A stretch of DNA of 64,000 nucleotides, taken from positions 90,201-154,200 of the forward strand of contig SFJO01000002.1 in the NCBI GenBank assembly GCA_004555865.1, in the 5' to 3' direction. This DNA is from Oscillospiraceae bacterium (GTDB lineage Bacteria; Bacillota; Clostridia; Oscillospirales; Ruminococcaceae). Below are positions 37,923-47,225 of the stretch, piece after piece (position 1 is the stretch's first letter; each line of letters starts with the position of its first letter). Both the position numbers and the translations under genes were made by a program. Below the pieces are notes generated by a model. The model had not been told where the DNA came from. It searched no databases and saw only the letters and a list, made by a program, of their open reading frames with translations.

Positions 37923-38579
37923 TCACAGCGGCCAGTCGGTCAGCCGATGCAGCCGCACATCGGCAAGCGCTTCCATCCGGGGCCAATCCTCCCGGCTGGC
38001 CTCGTCGTCCACCATCACGGTCAAAAAGCCCGCATCGTGTGCCGTGCGCAGGGCCTGAAGAGAATCCTCAAACACCGCCGTGCGGGCCGTGGCTGCCCCC
38101 AGCTGTTCGGCGGCCGCCCGATAGATGGCCGGGCCCTGCTTGCTGCCGTACTCATCGCAGGTGAGCACCGCGCGGAATTTATCCCACAGGCCCAGCCGGG
38201 TCATGGCGGCCTGCACATCCCGGATGCTGCTGGCGCTGGCCAGGGCCATGGGCACACCCCGGGCCGCAAACCGCTCCACAAGCTCCTTTGCGCCGGGCTT
38301 GAGCTGCAGGTGCTCGGCGTACTGGCGGCGGGTATACTCCGCCGTCTGCTCCGCCAGCTGTTCCGGGGTGACCGGCAGATGATACTCCTCCACCATCAGC
38401 ACGGCGCACTGCCGGGCGCTGAGAGGGATCAGCCGCCGGATAAAGCCCTCCGGCGGGTGGACCCCATACCGCCCCAGCAAAACGCCGGGTGCGTTGGCCC
38501 ACATCTGCATCGAATCCAGCAGGGTACCGTCCATATCAAACACAGCGGCTTGCAGGGCAGGCAGGTTCGTTGTTTTCAT
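37923..38579 (-). CDS. HAD-superfamily hydrolase, subfamily IA (phosphatase / beta-phosphoglucomutase-like)
   Basis: 218 aa with the DMDGTLLDS motif I, ASAS motif II region and a FEDSLQALRTAHDAG motif III/IV region. The RBS is embedded in the thiM end. Confidence 0.85.
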   Translation of the reverse strand: MKTTNLPALQAAVFDMDGTLLDSMQMWANAPGVLLGRYGVHPPEGFIRRLIPLSARQCAVLMVEEYHLPVTPEQLAEQTAEYTRRQYAEHLQLKPGAKELVERFAARGVPMALASASSIRDVQAAMTRLGLWDKFRAVLTCDEYGSKQGPAIYRAAAEQLGAATARTAVFEDSLQALRTAHDAGFLTVMVDDEASREDWPRMEALADVRLHRLTDWPL

Positions 38580-38582
38580 CGC

Positions 38583-39392
38583 TCACAGCTCCTCCCATTG
38601 GGCGCGTGCGGCCAGCGTGGGGCCGTCCAGCCGGTTTACGGCATCAATCAGGCGCACCCGATAGCTGCCGCTGCCTTCATCGGGGGCCAGGGCCGCCCTG
38701 GCCAGCTCCCCCGCCGTTTTCATCGCGCACACGGCCGTACACACGGCGGCAAATGGCTGCTCCGGGCTGGCCGCCAGCAGCGCCCCGGTGAGCGCGCTGA
38801 GCATACAGCCGGTGCCGGTTACCAGGCCCATCTCAGCGCAGCCGCCCAGGCAGCGGGCCGCCCGGGCGCCGTCCGTCACCAGATCCGTCTCGCCGGTCAC
38901 GGCCACCACTGCATGAATGCGCCGGGCCAGCGCCTCGGCCATGGCCCGCTCCTGCTCGGGGGCGCATTCTCCCGGGGCCGCGTCCACGCCGCCGTGGTTT
39001 TCACCGCCGGCCGCCAGCACCCGGATCTCGCTCCCGTTGCCCCGCACGGCGGCAAACCGCACCTCTTCCAGCAGGGTGTACGCCGCCCGGGTGCGCAGGG
39101 TCGAAGCCCCGGCCCCCACCGGGTCCAGCACCACGGGGATGCCCATCCGGTTGGCCTGGTGGCCGCTTTTCACCATTGCCTCCAGCTTGCGGGGGCTGAG
39201 CATCCCCAGGTTCAGCACCAGCGCCCGGCAGGCGGCGGTGATCTCGGCGCTCTCCTCCGGGTCATCCGCCATGATGGGCCTTGCCCCGGCCGCCAGCAGC
39301 ACATTGGCGCAGTCGTTGATGGTCACGCTGTTGGTAATGCAGTGAACCATGGGCCGGGCCGGGCGCAGGGCCTCAAAGCAGCGTTGCAGCAT
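38583..39392 (-). CDS. thiM: Hydroxyethylthiazole kinase
   Basis: 269 aa with VHCITNSVTINDCANVLLAAGARPIMADDPEE and TGTGCMLSALTGALLA, typical of ThiM. AAAGGAGAG RBS. Confidence 0.9.
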   Translation of the reverse strand: MLQRCFEALRPARPMVHCITNSVTINDCANVLLAAGARPIMADDPEESAEITAACRALVLNLGMLSPRKLEAMVKSGHQANRMGIPVVLDPVGAGASTLRTRAAYTLLEEVRFAAVRGNGSEIRVLAAGGENHGGVDAAPGECAPEQERAMAEALARRIHAVVAVTGETDLVTDGARAARCLGGCAEMGLVTGTGCMLSALTGALLAASPEQPFAAVCTAVCAMKTAGELARAALAPDEGSGSYRVRLIDAVNRLDGPTLAARAQWEEL

Positions 39393-39454
39393 GGGTGTTC
39401 TCTCCTTTTCTGCGCGGCACAGGGTGGTTTCTGCCCGCTTGTTGCAATACTGAT

Positions 39455-39483
39455 ATTATAAACGCCGGCGGGGCAGCTGTCCA
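39455..39483 (-). promoter_or_regulatory. Sigma70 promoter of thiM-HAD
   Basis: Minus strand reads TGGACA-17 nt-TATAAT, about 60 nt upstream of the thiM ATG. Confidence 0.55.
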
Positions 39484-39504
39484 CCCGCCGGGCACAGGCC
39501 GCAG

Positions 39505-39556
39505 CAAAAAAGCAGGTTGGCGGAGATTCAGCGTCTGCTGCTCCGTCGGCCTGCTT
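39505..39556 (-). terminator. Intrinsic terminator of argF
   Basis: Minus strand has AGCAGGCCGACGGAG-loop-CTCCGCCAACCTGCT (with G-U pairs) followed by TTTTTTG, about 25 nt after the stop. Confidence 0.6.
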
Positions 39557-39580
39557 TCGGGTTCGCTGTTGTACAAGCGG

Positions 39581-40573
39581 TCAATTCATGGTTGCTGCCA
39601 TAACCGCCTTGATGGTATGCATCCGGTTTTCGGCTTCGTCAAACACGATGGACTGGGGCCCCTCGAACACCTCGTCGGTGACCTCCATGGCGTCCCGGTT
39701 AAAGCGCTCGCCCATCTCCTTGCCCACGGTGGTCTCGTGGTCATGGAAGGCGGGCAGGCAGTGCATGAAGCGGGCCTGCGGGCCTGCGTTGGCCATGAGG
39801 GCCGCGTTCACCTGATAGGGGGCCAGGTCGGCAATGCGCTCGGCCCAGATCTCCACCGGCTCGCCCATGCTCACCCACACATCGGTGTAGATGATGTCGG
39901 CCCCCTTGGTGGCCTCCATGGGGTCGCTGATAAAGCGCAGGGTGCTGCCGCTCTCCTTGGCAATGGCCTGGCAGGTCTTTACCAGCTCGGGATCCGGGAA
40001 GTACTTCTCCGGCGCGCAGGCCACAAAATCCAGCCCCAGCTTGGCGCAGCCCACCATCAGCGAATTGCCCATGTTGTAGCGGGCATCGCCCATGTAAACC
40101 ATCTTCAGCCCCTTCAGGCGGCCGAAATGCTCCCGAATGGTGAGCATATCCGCCAGAATCTGGGTGGGATGGAACTCGTTGGTCAGGCCGTTCCACACCG
40201 GCACACCCGCATAATGGGCCAGCTTCTCCACGATCTCCTGCCCATAGCCCCGGTATTCAATGCCGTCAAACATACGGCCCAGCACACGGGCGGTGTCGGC
40301 AATGCTCTCCTTCTTGCCGATCTGGCTTCCGGTGGGGTCCAGATAGGTCACCTGCATGCCCAGGTCATGGGCGGCCACCTCAAAGCTGCACCGGGTGCGG
40401 GTGGAGGTCTTTTCAAAAATCAGTGCGATGTTGCGGCCGTGCAGGGTGTCGTGGGGAATGTGTGCCTTCTTCTTGGCCTTCAGGTCCGCGGCCAGGTCCA
40501 GCAGGCCCTCGATCTCTTCCGGGGTAAAATCCAGCAGCTTCAAAAAGTTTCTGCCCTTCAAATCCATTGCCAT
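39581..40573 (-). CDS. argF: Ornithine carbamoyltransferase
   Basis: Trimmed to ATG 40573 ([21 protein letters not shown]), 5 nt after GGAAGGAGA. Motifs [25 protein letters not shown] and HCLPAFH are present. Discrimination from putrescine carbamoyltransferase was not possible by eye. Confidence 0.9.
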   Translation of the reverse strand: MAMDLKGRNFLKLLDFTPEEIEGLLDLAADLKAKKKAHIPHDTLHGRNIALIFEKTSTRTRCSFEVAAHDLGMQVTYLDPTGSQIGKKESIADTARVLGRMFDGIEYRGYGQEIVEKLAHYAGVPVWNGLTNEFHPTQILADMLTIREHFGRLKGLKMVYMGDARYNMGNSLMVGCAKLGLDFVACAPEKYFPDPELVKTCQAIAKESGSTLRFISDPMEATKGADIIYTDVWVSMGEPVEIWAERIADLAPYQVNAALMANAGPQARFMHCLPAFHDHETTVGKEMGERFNRDAMEVTDEVFEGPQSIVFDEAENRMHTIKAVMAATMN

Positions 40574-40657
40574 AGGGGTCTCCTTCCATATTCGGCAGCA
40601 GGCGGCGCGGTTTTCAAGCCGGTGTCCCGCTTTGTGCTGCATATTTTTTGGAATATA

Positions 40658-40692
40658 CGCATTTAATTTCAGTTCCGACGCATATTTATGCA
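40658..40692. promoter_or_regulatory. Two tandem ARG-box-like operators (ArgR/AhrC) upstream of argF
   Basis: The minus-strand sequence of 40679-40692 reads TGCATAAATATGCG (GCATA-TT-TATGC palindrome on the plus strand). The minus-strand sequence of 40658-40671 reads TGAAATTAAATGCG. Each matches about 9-10 of 14 positions of TGAATAAAAATTCA, and the starts are 21 bp apart. Confidence 0.4.
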
Positions 40693-40951
40693 AATCATGG
40701 TTCTATTGTAGCCCACTGCCCGGCAAAATGCAAGGGGGCACGCAGGGCAGGCTCCGGGCATTCACCTCATTACCTACTGATGTACTTGACAATATTGGTA
40801 TAATTTAACTGACCCCTTTTTCTTTTACCTTTAAGATACTTTTCTGCGTTCCTGCGCGGGGCGGCTTCTCATCGGCCCTGGGGGGCGCTTTTTACACCAT
40901 CCTCTGCCGGGCTGCTTTCAGGCCCGGCCGTTTACACGTAAAGGAGACTGC

Positions 40952-42019
40952 ATGAGCCAGACCATTCTGCAATTGCAGAACATTGAAAAATCCTTCGACG
41001 GCACCCCGGTTCTGCGGGGTATCTCGCTGGACGCTGCCGCCGGGGAGTTTATCACGCTGCTCGGCTCTTCCGGCTGCGGAAAAACCACCACACTGCGCAT
41101 CATTGCCGGGTTGGAATGCCCCGATGCGGGCCGGGTGCTGCTGGAGGGCCGGGATGTGACCGGCACCCCGCCGGAAAAGCGGGATGTAAACACCGTATTC
41201 CAGAATTACGCCCTTTTTCCCCATATGACGGTAGCCGCCAACATCGGGTACAGCCTGAAGCTGCGCCGCCGCCCCAATGAGGAGATCGCCAAAGCCGTGG
41301 CCCAGGCGCTGGAGCTGGTGCAGCTGACCGGCTACGAAAACCGGATGCCCGCCCAGCTTTCCGGCGGGCAGAAGCAGCGGGTGGCCATCGCCCGGGCGCT
41401 GGTAAACCGGCCCCGGGTCCTTCTGCTGGACGAGCCCCTCGGCGCGCTGGACCTTCAGCTGCGCCGCCAGATGCAGCTGGAGCTGAAGGCCCTTCAGCAG
41501 CAGCTTGGCATCACCTTCATCTACATCACCCACGACCAGGAAGAAGCCCTCACCATGTCCGACCGCATTGCCGTGATGCGGGACGGGCAGTTTGTGCAGA
41601 TCGGCACCCCGGCCCAGGTATACGATGAGCCCCGCACCAGCTTTGTGGCTCGGTTTGTGGGCAGCGCCAACATCCTGCAGGGCACCGTGGTGGCGGCCGA
41701 GGGCGGCCTTGTCGCCGCCCGGGTGGCCGGCTGCCCCGTGTGCGCCCGGGCTGGGCAAACCGAGTTCCTGCCCGGCCAGCCCATCGCGCTGGCCCTGCGC
41801 AGCGAACAGGTGGACTTTGCCCCCGAGGGCAGCGGCATTCCCGCCGTTGTAAAGGAAAAGAGCTTTGCGGGCGGAATGCTTCGCATTGCGCTGGAGCTGC
41901 CGGACGGCAGCCGCCTTGTGGTCAGCCGCCACGGCATTGACCAGAGCCTTGCTCCCGGCCAAAAGCTCTGCGTACGCTGGGCGCCCGAGGCCGCCGTGCC
42001 CGTGGAGGTGGATGACTGA
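40952..42019 (+). CDS. potA: Spermidine/putrescine ABC transporter ATP-binding protein
   Basis: 355 aa with Walker [25 protein letters not shown] and Walker B LLLDEPL, plus a TOBE-like C-terminus. AAAGGAGA RBS. Confidence 0.92.
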   Translation: MSQTILQLQNIEKSFDGTPVLRGISLDAAAGEFITLLGSSGCGKTTTLRIIAGLECPDAGRVLLEGRDVTGTPPEKRDVNTVFQNYALFPHMTVAANIGYSLKLRRRPNEEIAKAVAQALELVQLTGYENRMPAQLSGGQKQRVAIARALVNRPRVLLLDEPLGALDLQLRRQMQLELKALQQQLGITFIYITHDQEEALTMSDRIAVMRDGQFVQIGTPAQVYDEPRTSFVARFVGSANILQGTVVAAEGGLVAARVAGCPVCARAGQTEFLPGQPIALALRSEQVDFAPEGSGIPAVVKEKSFAGGMLRIALELPDGSRLVVSRHGIDQSLAPGQKLCVRWAPEAAVPVEVDD

Positions 42020-42900
42020 TGCCAAGCCGCAAAAACACCCGGCGCACCCCGCTTACCAGCCGGTGGATGGGGCTGACGCTGGTCCCCCTGTACCTGTTCA
42101 CGCTGGTGCTGGTGCTTGGCCCGCTGGTGTACATGCTGGTGCTCAGCTTTGAAACCCGCGCCGATGTGTGGGGGGTCATTCCCCAGTTCACCTGGGCCAA
42201 CTACAAAAACATTTTTCAGCCCGTCTACCTCAACACCTTTGTGCAGTCGCTGAAACTGGCGCTGCTGTGCACCGGGCTGATTCTGCTCATCGGCTACCCC
42301 TTCGGCTATTTTATAGCCCGGCTTTCGCCCCGGGGCAAGAAATTCATGACGGCCGCTTTGATGATCCCCTTCTGGACCAACAGCCTCATCCGGCTGTATG
42401 GCTGGATCATCGTGCTGCGCAGCGGCGGCACACTGGACAAGGTGCTCATGGCGCTGCACCTGACCCAGCGCCCCCTGAAGCTGCTGTACACCTACCCGGC
42501 CGTGGTGGTGGGCATGGTGTACGCCCTGCTTCAGTTCATGATTCTGGCGGTGTATTCCAGCGCCGAAAAGATGGACTGGAGCCTGGTGGAGGCCGCCCGC
42601 GACCTGGGGGCCAGCCCTGCCCAGGCCTTTTTCACCGTCACCCTCAAGCTGACCATGCCGGGCCTTCTCTCCGGCGTGATCCTCACCTTCATTCCCAGCA
42701 TGGGGCTGTTCTTCATTGCGGACATTCTGGGCGGCAACAAGGTGGTGCTGGTGGGCAGCCTGATTCAGGATCAGCTTCTGCAGGCCCACAACTGGCCCTT
42801 TGCCGCGGCGCTGAGCGTGGTGCTGATGCTTCTCACCAGCCTGATGATCGGGCTGTACAAGCGGGTGACCCACACCACCCGGCTGGAGGGCCTGCTATGA
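42019..42900 (+). CDS. potB: Spermidine/putrescine ABC transporter permease
   Basis: 293 aa with 6 TM helices and the EAA-type loop EAARDLGASPAQAFFTVTLKL. The ATG overlaps the potA stop. Confidence 0.9.
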   Translation: MPSRKNTRRTPLTSRWMGLTLVPLYLFTLVLVLGPLVYMLVLSFETRADVWGVIPQFTWANYKNIFQPVYLNTFVQSLKLALLCTGLILLIGYPFGYFIARLSPRGKKFMTAALMIPFWTNSLIRLYGWIIVLRSGGTLDKVLMALHLTQRPLKLLYTYPAVVVGMVYALLQFMILAVYSSAEKMDWSLVEAARDLGASPAQAFFTVTLKLTMPGLLSGVILTFIPSMGLFFIADILGGNKVVLVGSLIQDQLLQAHNWPFAAALSVVLMLLTSLMIGLYKRVTHTTRLEGLL

Positions 42901-43694
42901 AAAAAAAGCGCCGCATCTCGTTTTCCACGGTTTATCTGGCCCTGGGGCTGGTCATCATCTATCTGCCCATTGCCCTGGTCATTCTCTACTCCTTCAACGA
43001 GAGCAAGATTTCCAGCGTGTGGGGCGGCTTCTCGCTGAAATGGTACCGCACCCTGTTTGCGGATAAGGCCATGTTCCAGGCGCTGGGCAACAGCCTGATC
43101 CTGGGGCTTTCCTCCAGCCTGGCCGCCGGTGTGGTCGGCACGCTTGGGGCCGTGGGGTTTGACCGGGTGCGCCCCCGCAGCCGCAGGCTGATCGAATACC
43201 TGACCAGCCTGCCCCTCATGACCCCCGAGATCATTCTGGGCATGGTGTTCATGGCGTTTTTCGGTATGCTGGGCATTCCCTTCGGCATGGGCACCCTGAT
43301 TCTGTCCCACACCACCTTCTGCATCCCCTATGTGTTCATGCTGGTGCAGGCGCGGCTGGTGGGCATGGACCGCAGCCTGGCCGAGGCCGCCCGCGACCTG
43401 GGGGCCGGGGAACGGCAGGTGTTTTTCACCATCACCCTGCCGCTGCTGCTGCCTGCCATCGTCTCCGGTATGCTTCTGAGCTTCGCCATGAGCCTGGACG
43501 ATGTGATCATCAGCCTGTTTGTAACCGGCGTTAACGTAAACACCCTGCCCATCAAGGTGTACACAGCCCTGAAAACCGGTGTTACGCCGGAGATCAACGC
43601 CCTGTGCACCCTGCTGCTGGCGGCTACCCTGCTGCTGGTGGGGCTGAGCATGCTGTGGAGCAAGATCAGCCGCCTGACCGGCAGCGGGCGCTGA
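42897..43694 (+). CDS. potC: Spermidine/putrescine ABC transporter permease
   Basis: ATG 42897 overlaps the potB stop (ATGA). 265 aa (MKKKRRISFSTVYLALGL) with the loop EAARDLGAGERQVFFTITLPL. Confidence 0.9.
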   Translation: MKKKRRISFSTVYLALGLVIIYLPIALVILYSFNESKISSVWGGFSLKWYRTLFADKAMFQALGNSLILGLSSSLAAGVVGTLGAVGFDRVRPRSRRLIEYLTSLPLMTPEIILGMVFMAFFGMLGIPFGMGTLILSHTTFCIPYVFMLVQARLVGMDRSLAEAARDLGAGERQVFFTITLPLLLPAIVSGMLLSFAMSLDDVIISLFVTGVNVNTLPIKVYTALKTGVTPEINALCTLLLAATLLLVGLSMLWSKISRLTGSGR

Positions 43695-43843
43695 GCCTTC
43701 CTTTCCTCGATTTTCCCGGCAGCTCGGGTGACTTTTCCACCAGGCACATTCGGCTTCGTGGAAAACTCCGCCCGTCTCTTCCGGCAAAATATCGCCCCGA
43801 TCTGGGGCGCACACACTGTTTTTTACACAGGAGGATTTTTACC

Positions 43844-44932
43844 ATGAACCGCAAACTGAACTCCGTTCTGGCTCTGGCTCTGGCGGGCAGTCTGGCTCTG
43901 CTCTCCGGCTGCGGCCAGGCCACTTCCAGCAGCGAGGGCGCTTCGTCCGCCGCTTCCGGCGATACCCTGCTGAACCTGTACACCTGGGAGGGTATGTTCC
44001 CCCAGGAGGTGCTGGACGGCTTCACCGCCGAGACCGGCATTCAGATCAACTACTCCAGCTTTGATACCGATGAGACCATGCTGGCCAAGCTTGAGGCGGC
44101 CAAGGGCAGCGATTACGATCTGGTGATCGCCGACGACTACATTGTGGAAACCGCCATCTCCGAGGGTCTGGTGGCTAAGCTGGACAAAACCAAGCTGAGC
44201 AATCTGGGCAATGTGAACCCCATCTATCAGGGCCAGTTCTTTGACCCCGAGGATGCCTACACCGTGCCCTACGGCGCCGGTGTGCAGACCATTGTGTACG
44301 ACCCCGCTCTGGTGGAAAAGCCCATCACCTGCTACGCCGACCTGTGGGATGAAAGCCTGAAGGACAATCTGGCCGTCATCGGCAACTACCGCGTGGTGGA
44401 CGGTATGGCCCTGAAGGTGCTGGGCGAGAGCTACAACACCGCGGACCCCGCCGTGCTGGAGCAGGCCAAGGCCAAGCTGCTGGAGCTGGCCCCCAACATC
44501 CGACTCATCAAGGACGCCAACACGCAGGATGACCTGCTGAGCGGCGAGGTGGGTGCCGCCGTGATGTACACCAGTCAGGTGACCACGGCCTGCCTGGCCA
44601 ACCCGGACCTGCAGGTGGTTTACCCCACCGAGGGCGTGGGCTTCGGCATCATGGCCCAGTTCATTCCCTCCAACGCCCCGCATTCCGATGCAGCCCATGC
44701 CTTCATCGACTACATTCTTCGCCCCGAAGTGGCCAAGAGCTGCTTTGAGTGGATGGGCTACTACTGCACCAACAAGGCCGCCGACAGCCTGATCGACCCC
44801 GCCTACCAGTCTTTCCTGACCCTGCCGGAGGACTTCGACGGCAAGACCGAGATGATCCAGAACGTGAGTGCCGAAACCGAAGAGATCCACGCCCAGATGT
44901 GGACCGAGTTCAAGGCCGCCTGCGGGCAGTAA
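43844..44932 (+). CDS. potD: Spermidine/putrescine-binding lipoprotein
   Basis: ATG 43844 follows CAGGAGGA. Lipoprotein signal MNRKLNSVLALALAGSLALLSGC. PotD/PotF-type SBP (362 aa). Confidence 0.9.
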   Translation: MNRKLNSVLALALAGSLALLSGCGQATSSSEGASSAASGDTLLNLYTWEGMFPQEVLDGFTAETGIQINYSSFDTDETMLAKLEAAKGSDYDLVIADDYIVETAISEGLVAKLDKTKLSNLGNVNPIYQGQFFDPEDAYTVPYGAGVQTIVYDPALVEKPITCYADLWDESLKDNLAVIGNYRVVDGMALKVLGESYNTADPAVLEQAKAKLLELAPNIRLIKDANTQDDLLSGEVGAAVMYTSQVTTACLANPDLQVVYPTEGVGFGIMAQFIPSNAPHSDAAHAFIDYILRPEVAKSCFEWMGYYCTNKAADSLIDPAYQSFLTLPEDFDGKTEMIQNVSAETEEIHAQMWTEFKAACGQ

Positions 44933-44951
44933 TCCCCACACAAACCCAAAT

Positions 44952-45010
44952 GCACCCCGGCTGGGAAGCGCAGTATGCTGCGTTTCTCCGCCGGGGTGCT
45001 TGTTGTTTTT
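44952..45010 (+). terminator. Intrinsic terminator of potABCD
   Basis: GCACCCCGGC..(inner hairpin)..GCCGGGGTGC followed by TTGTTGTTTTT. Confidence 0.6.
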
Positions 45011-45040
45011 ATGGAGCCATTGATGTGCAGGCGCTGCCGC

Positions 45041-47221
45041 TCAGCCCAGGCCGAACAGCTGCTTCAGCCGCTGCCAGAAGCTGGGCTTCTCGGTCTGCTG
45101 GGCCGTGGTCTCGGTCTCGCTGGTCTCGGCGGCCGGAGCCTCCGGCTCCTCCACCTTCATCACAAACTTGATGCTGGCCTCCACGCCGTCCGGGGTACCG
45201 GTGTAGGTGGTGTAGCTCTCCGCCTCGGTCTGCAGGGCGTCCAGGGTATCCAGGGCATCGTCGATCTGCTTGGTGTCCACATCACCGGCCTTTTCCTCGA
45301 TCTTATCCCGGAACTCGTCCACGCCGTCCAGCAGCTCCTGGGTGCCGTCCACCAAATCCACCGTGCCGTCCAGCAGTTTCTGCGTGCCGTCCTTCAGGTC
45401 GCCGGTGCCATCCAACAGCTTGCCTGTGCCATCGGCCAGATCGCCAGTGCCGCTCTTGAACTGGCCAATGGCCTCCTTGAACTGGCCGCTGTAGCCGCTC
45501 AGGGTTGCGGCGCCGCCCACCAGCTGCTGCGCACCGGCAGCCAGCTGGCTGGTGCCGCCGTAGATGGTCTCGCCGTCCAGCGGGTTCTCGCCGTTGTACA
45601 GTGAGGTGGTCAGGTCATTCATCAGGCCCATCAGCTCGTTGGCGGTGGTGCTCACCTGGCCCACCTGCTGCTTCATGGCGGTGGTGTCCAGCCCGGCCAC
45701 GGGGGCCAGTGCCTCCTGAATGGTCTTGCCCTGAGCCGCCACCTGGGCCGCGGTCTTTTCACCAGCCGCCTGGGCGGCCGCCGCCACGGCTTCCTGATTG
45801 GCCTCGCTCTGCAGGCCCTCCGCTACACCCGCAAGCGCCGCCTGCACGGCCGCCTTCTGCTCTTCGCTGAAGCCCAGTTCCTCATTTTCCAGCAGCTCTC
45901 CGATGGCTTCTGCATAGGCCTGGGAGGTCTGCGCGGCGGTGTCCGCTGCCGCATCGGCCACAGCCTGGCCCGCAGTGCTCGCCGCATTGGTGGCCGCATC
46001 GGTCACGGCTTGGGTCACCGTATCCTGAGCCGCTTTCAGCTGGCTGGTTTCGGGGATGCTGCCCAGTACGCCCTGAATGTCGCCCATCTGGCCCTCCAGG
46101 TCCGCCTGAAGCTGGGCCGCGCGGGCCAGCCCGGGCAGCATCCGTTCGTCCATCTGGCCCTTCATCTTGGCCAGACCGGCGTACAGGGTCTCCGTGCCGC
46201 TCTTTGCGCCGCTCACACCCGCGTCAAACTCGGTGTACTTGGCGGAGAACTCGCCCATTTTGTCGTTCAGCTCTTTGGCGCCGTCGTCCAGGTCCTTCGC
46301 GCCATCCTTCAGGTCGCTGGCGCCGTCATCCAGCTCCTTCGCGCCGTCGTGCAGGTCGTGGGCGCCGTCATCCAGCTCCGCCGAGCCGTCCTTCAGTTCG
46401 TCCATGCCGTCCCGCACCTCGTTCAGGGTCTCGTCCAGCGAGGGGATGTCGTCCACGGTGTCCCGCAGATCCTCCACGCTGCTGGAGGCCGCCAGCAGAA
46501 TGGTGGGCATCACAAAGGCGTCGGTGTCCGCTTCCAGCGTCACCTCGTCCAGCAGCTTGTCGTTCAGGTCGGAGAGGTCGCCGGTCAGCAGGCCCTTGAA
46601 GGTCTCCTGCATACCGGGCAGGGTCACAAAGGCCACCAGCTGGGTCTGGGAATCGGTCTGCACCGTGCCGTGCTCCGCCTTGACGTTGGTGAAGTCATCG
46701 GCACCCAGCGCCATGCTCACCACCGTGGCAAAGGGGGTGTACACACTGCGGGCCGCCCCGCCGATCTGGTAGGTCTTTTTCAGGTGGTTGGTGAGCTTCA
46801 CCGTAATTTTCACATGGCCGGCCTTGCCCAGCATCTCAGCGGCGGTCATCTCCTGGCCATTCAGCTCATAGCGGATGCTGGCGGTAACCGGCGGGGTCTG
46901 GGTGCTGTTGCCCTGATAATACACATCGTGGTCGTCGGTGTCCCAGGTGAGGGCATCGCCATTCAGGGTATAAGCCGCATCGCTTTTCAGGTTGGTGATG
47001 TCGGTCAGGCTGGTGCGGTCGGTCACGCCCCGAAGGCCGTTGTCGCTGTGCAGCCAGTCGCTGACGACCTGGCTCTGAATGCTGCCGTCCGGGTTCAAAA
47101 ACAGGAAAACATTCTCATCCTTGGTCACCGGGCTGTCGGCCGCAAAGGCCATGGTGCAGCACCCTGCCGCCAGGGCGGTGCAGGTAATCAGACTGATGGC
47201 TTTTTTCATGGAAGTATTCAT
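45041..47221 (-). CDS. Exported protein with two blocks of xxxLxxG heptad repeats (YhgE/Pip-N-like, MMPL-associated)
   Basis: ORF trimmed to ATG 47221 (MNTSMKKAISLITCTALAAGCCTMAFAADSP, a signal peptide). One repeat block reads DGAHDLHDGAKELDDGASDLKDGAKDLDDGAKELNDK. The other reads DGTGKLLDGTGDLKDGTQKLLDGTVDLVDGTQELLDGVDEF. No C-terminal TM helix. It starts 4 nt after the MMPL stop. Confidence 0.7.
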   Translation of the reverse strand: MNTSMKKAISLITCTALAAGCCTMAFAADSPVTKDENVFLFLNPDGSIQSQVVSDWLHSDNGLRGVTDRTSLTDITNLKSDAAYTLNGDALTWDTDDHDVYYQGNSTQTPPVTASIRYELNGQEMTAAEMLGKAGHVKITVKLTNHLKKTYQIGGAARSVYTPFATVVSMALGADDFTNVKAEHGTVQTDSQTQLVAFVTLPGMQETFKGLLTGDLSDLNDKLLDEVTLEADTDAFVMPTILLAASSSVEDLRDTVDDIPSLDETLNEVRDGMDELKDGSAELDDGAHDLHDGAKELDDGASDLKDGAKDLDDGAKELNDKMGEFSAKYTEFDAGVSGAKSGTETLYAGLAKMKGQMDERMLPGLARAAQLQADLEGQMGDIQGVLGSIPETSQLKAAQDTVTQAVTDAATNAASTAGQAVADAAADTAAQTSQAYAEAIGELLENEELGFSEEQKAAVQAALAGVAEGLQSEANQEAVAAAAQAAGEKTAAQVAAQGKTIQEALAPVAGLDTTAMKQQVGQVSTTANELMGLMNDLTTSLYNGENPLDGETIYGGTSQLAAGAQQLVGGAATLSGYSGQFKEAIGQFKSGTGDLADGTGKLLDGTGDLKDGTQKLLDGTVDLVDGTQELLDGVDEFRDKIEEKAGDVDTKQIDDALDTLDALQTEAESYTTYTGTPDGVEASIKFVMKVEEPEAPAAETSETETTAQQTEKPSFWQRLKQLFGLG

Positions 47222-47225
47222 CCGT

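Noticed and set aside
39393-39580. TPP riboswitch expected upstream of thiM
   Set aside because: The leader from the TGGACA-17-TATAAT promoter to the ATG is only about 60 nt. Neither strand shows the CUGAGA / ACCUGAUCUGGAUAAUGCCAGCG-type conserved elements.
40780-40810. TTGACA immediately followed by TATAAT upstream of potA as a canonical promoter
   Set aside because: The spacing between the two hexamers is only 7 nt, so they cannot act as a -35/-10 pair. TGGTATAAT may still work as an extended -10 promoter, but I could not support a full call.
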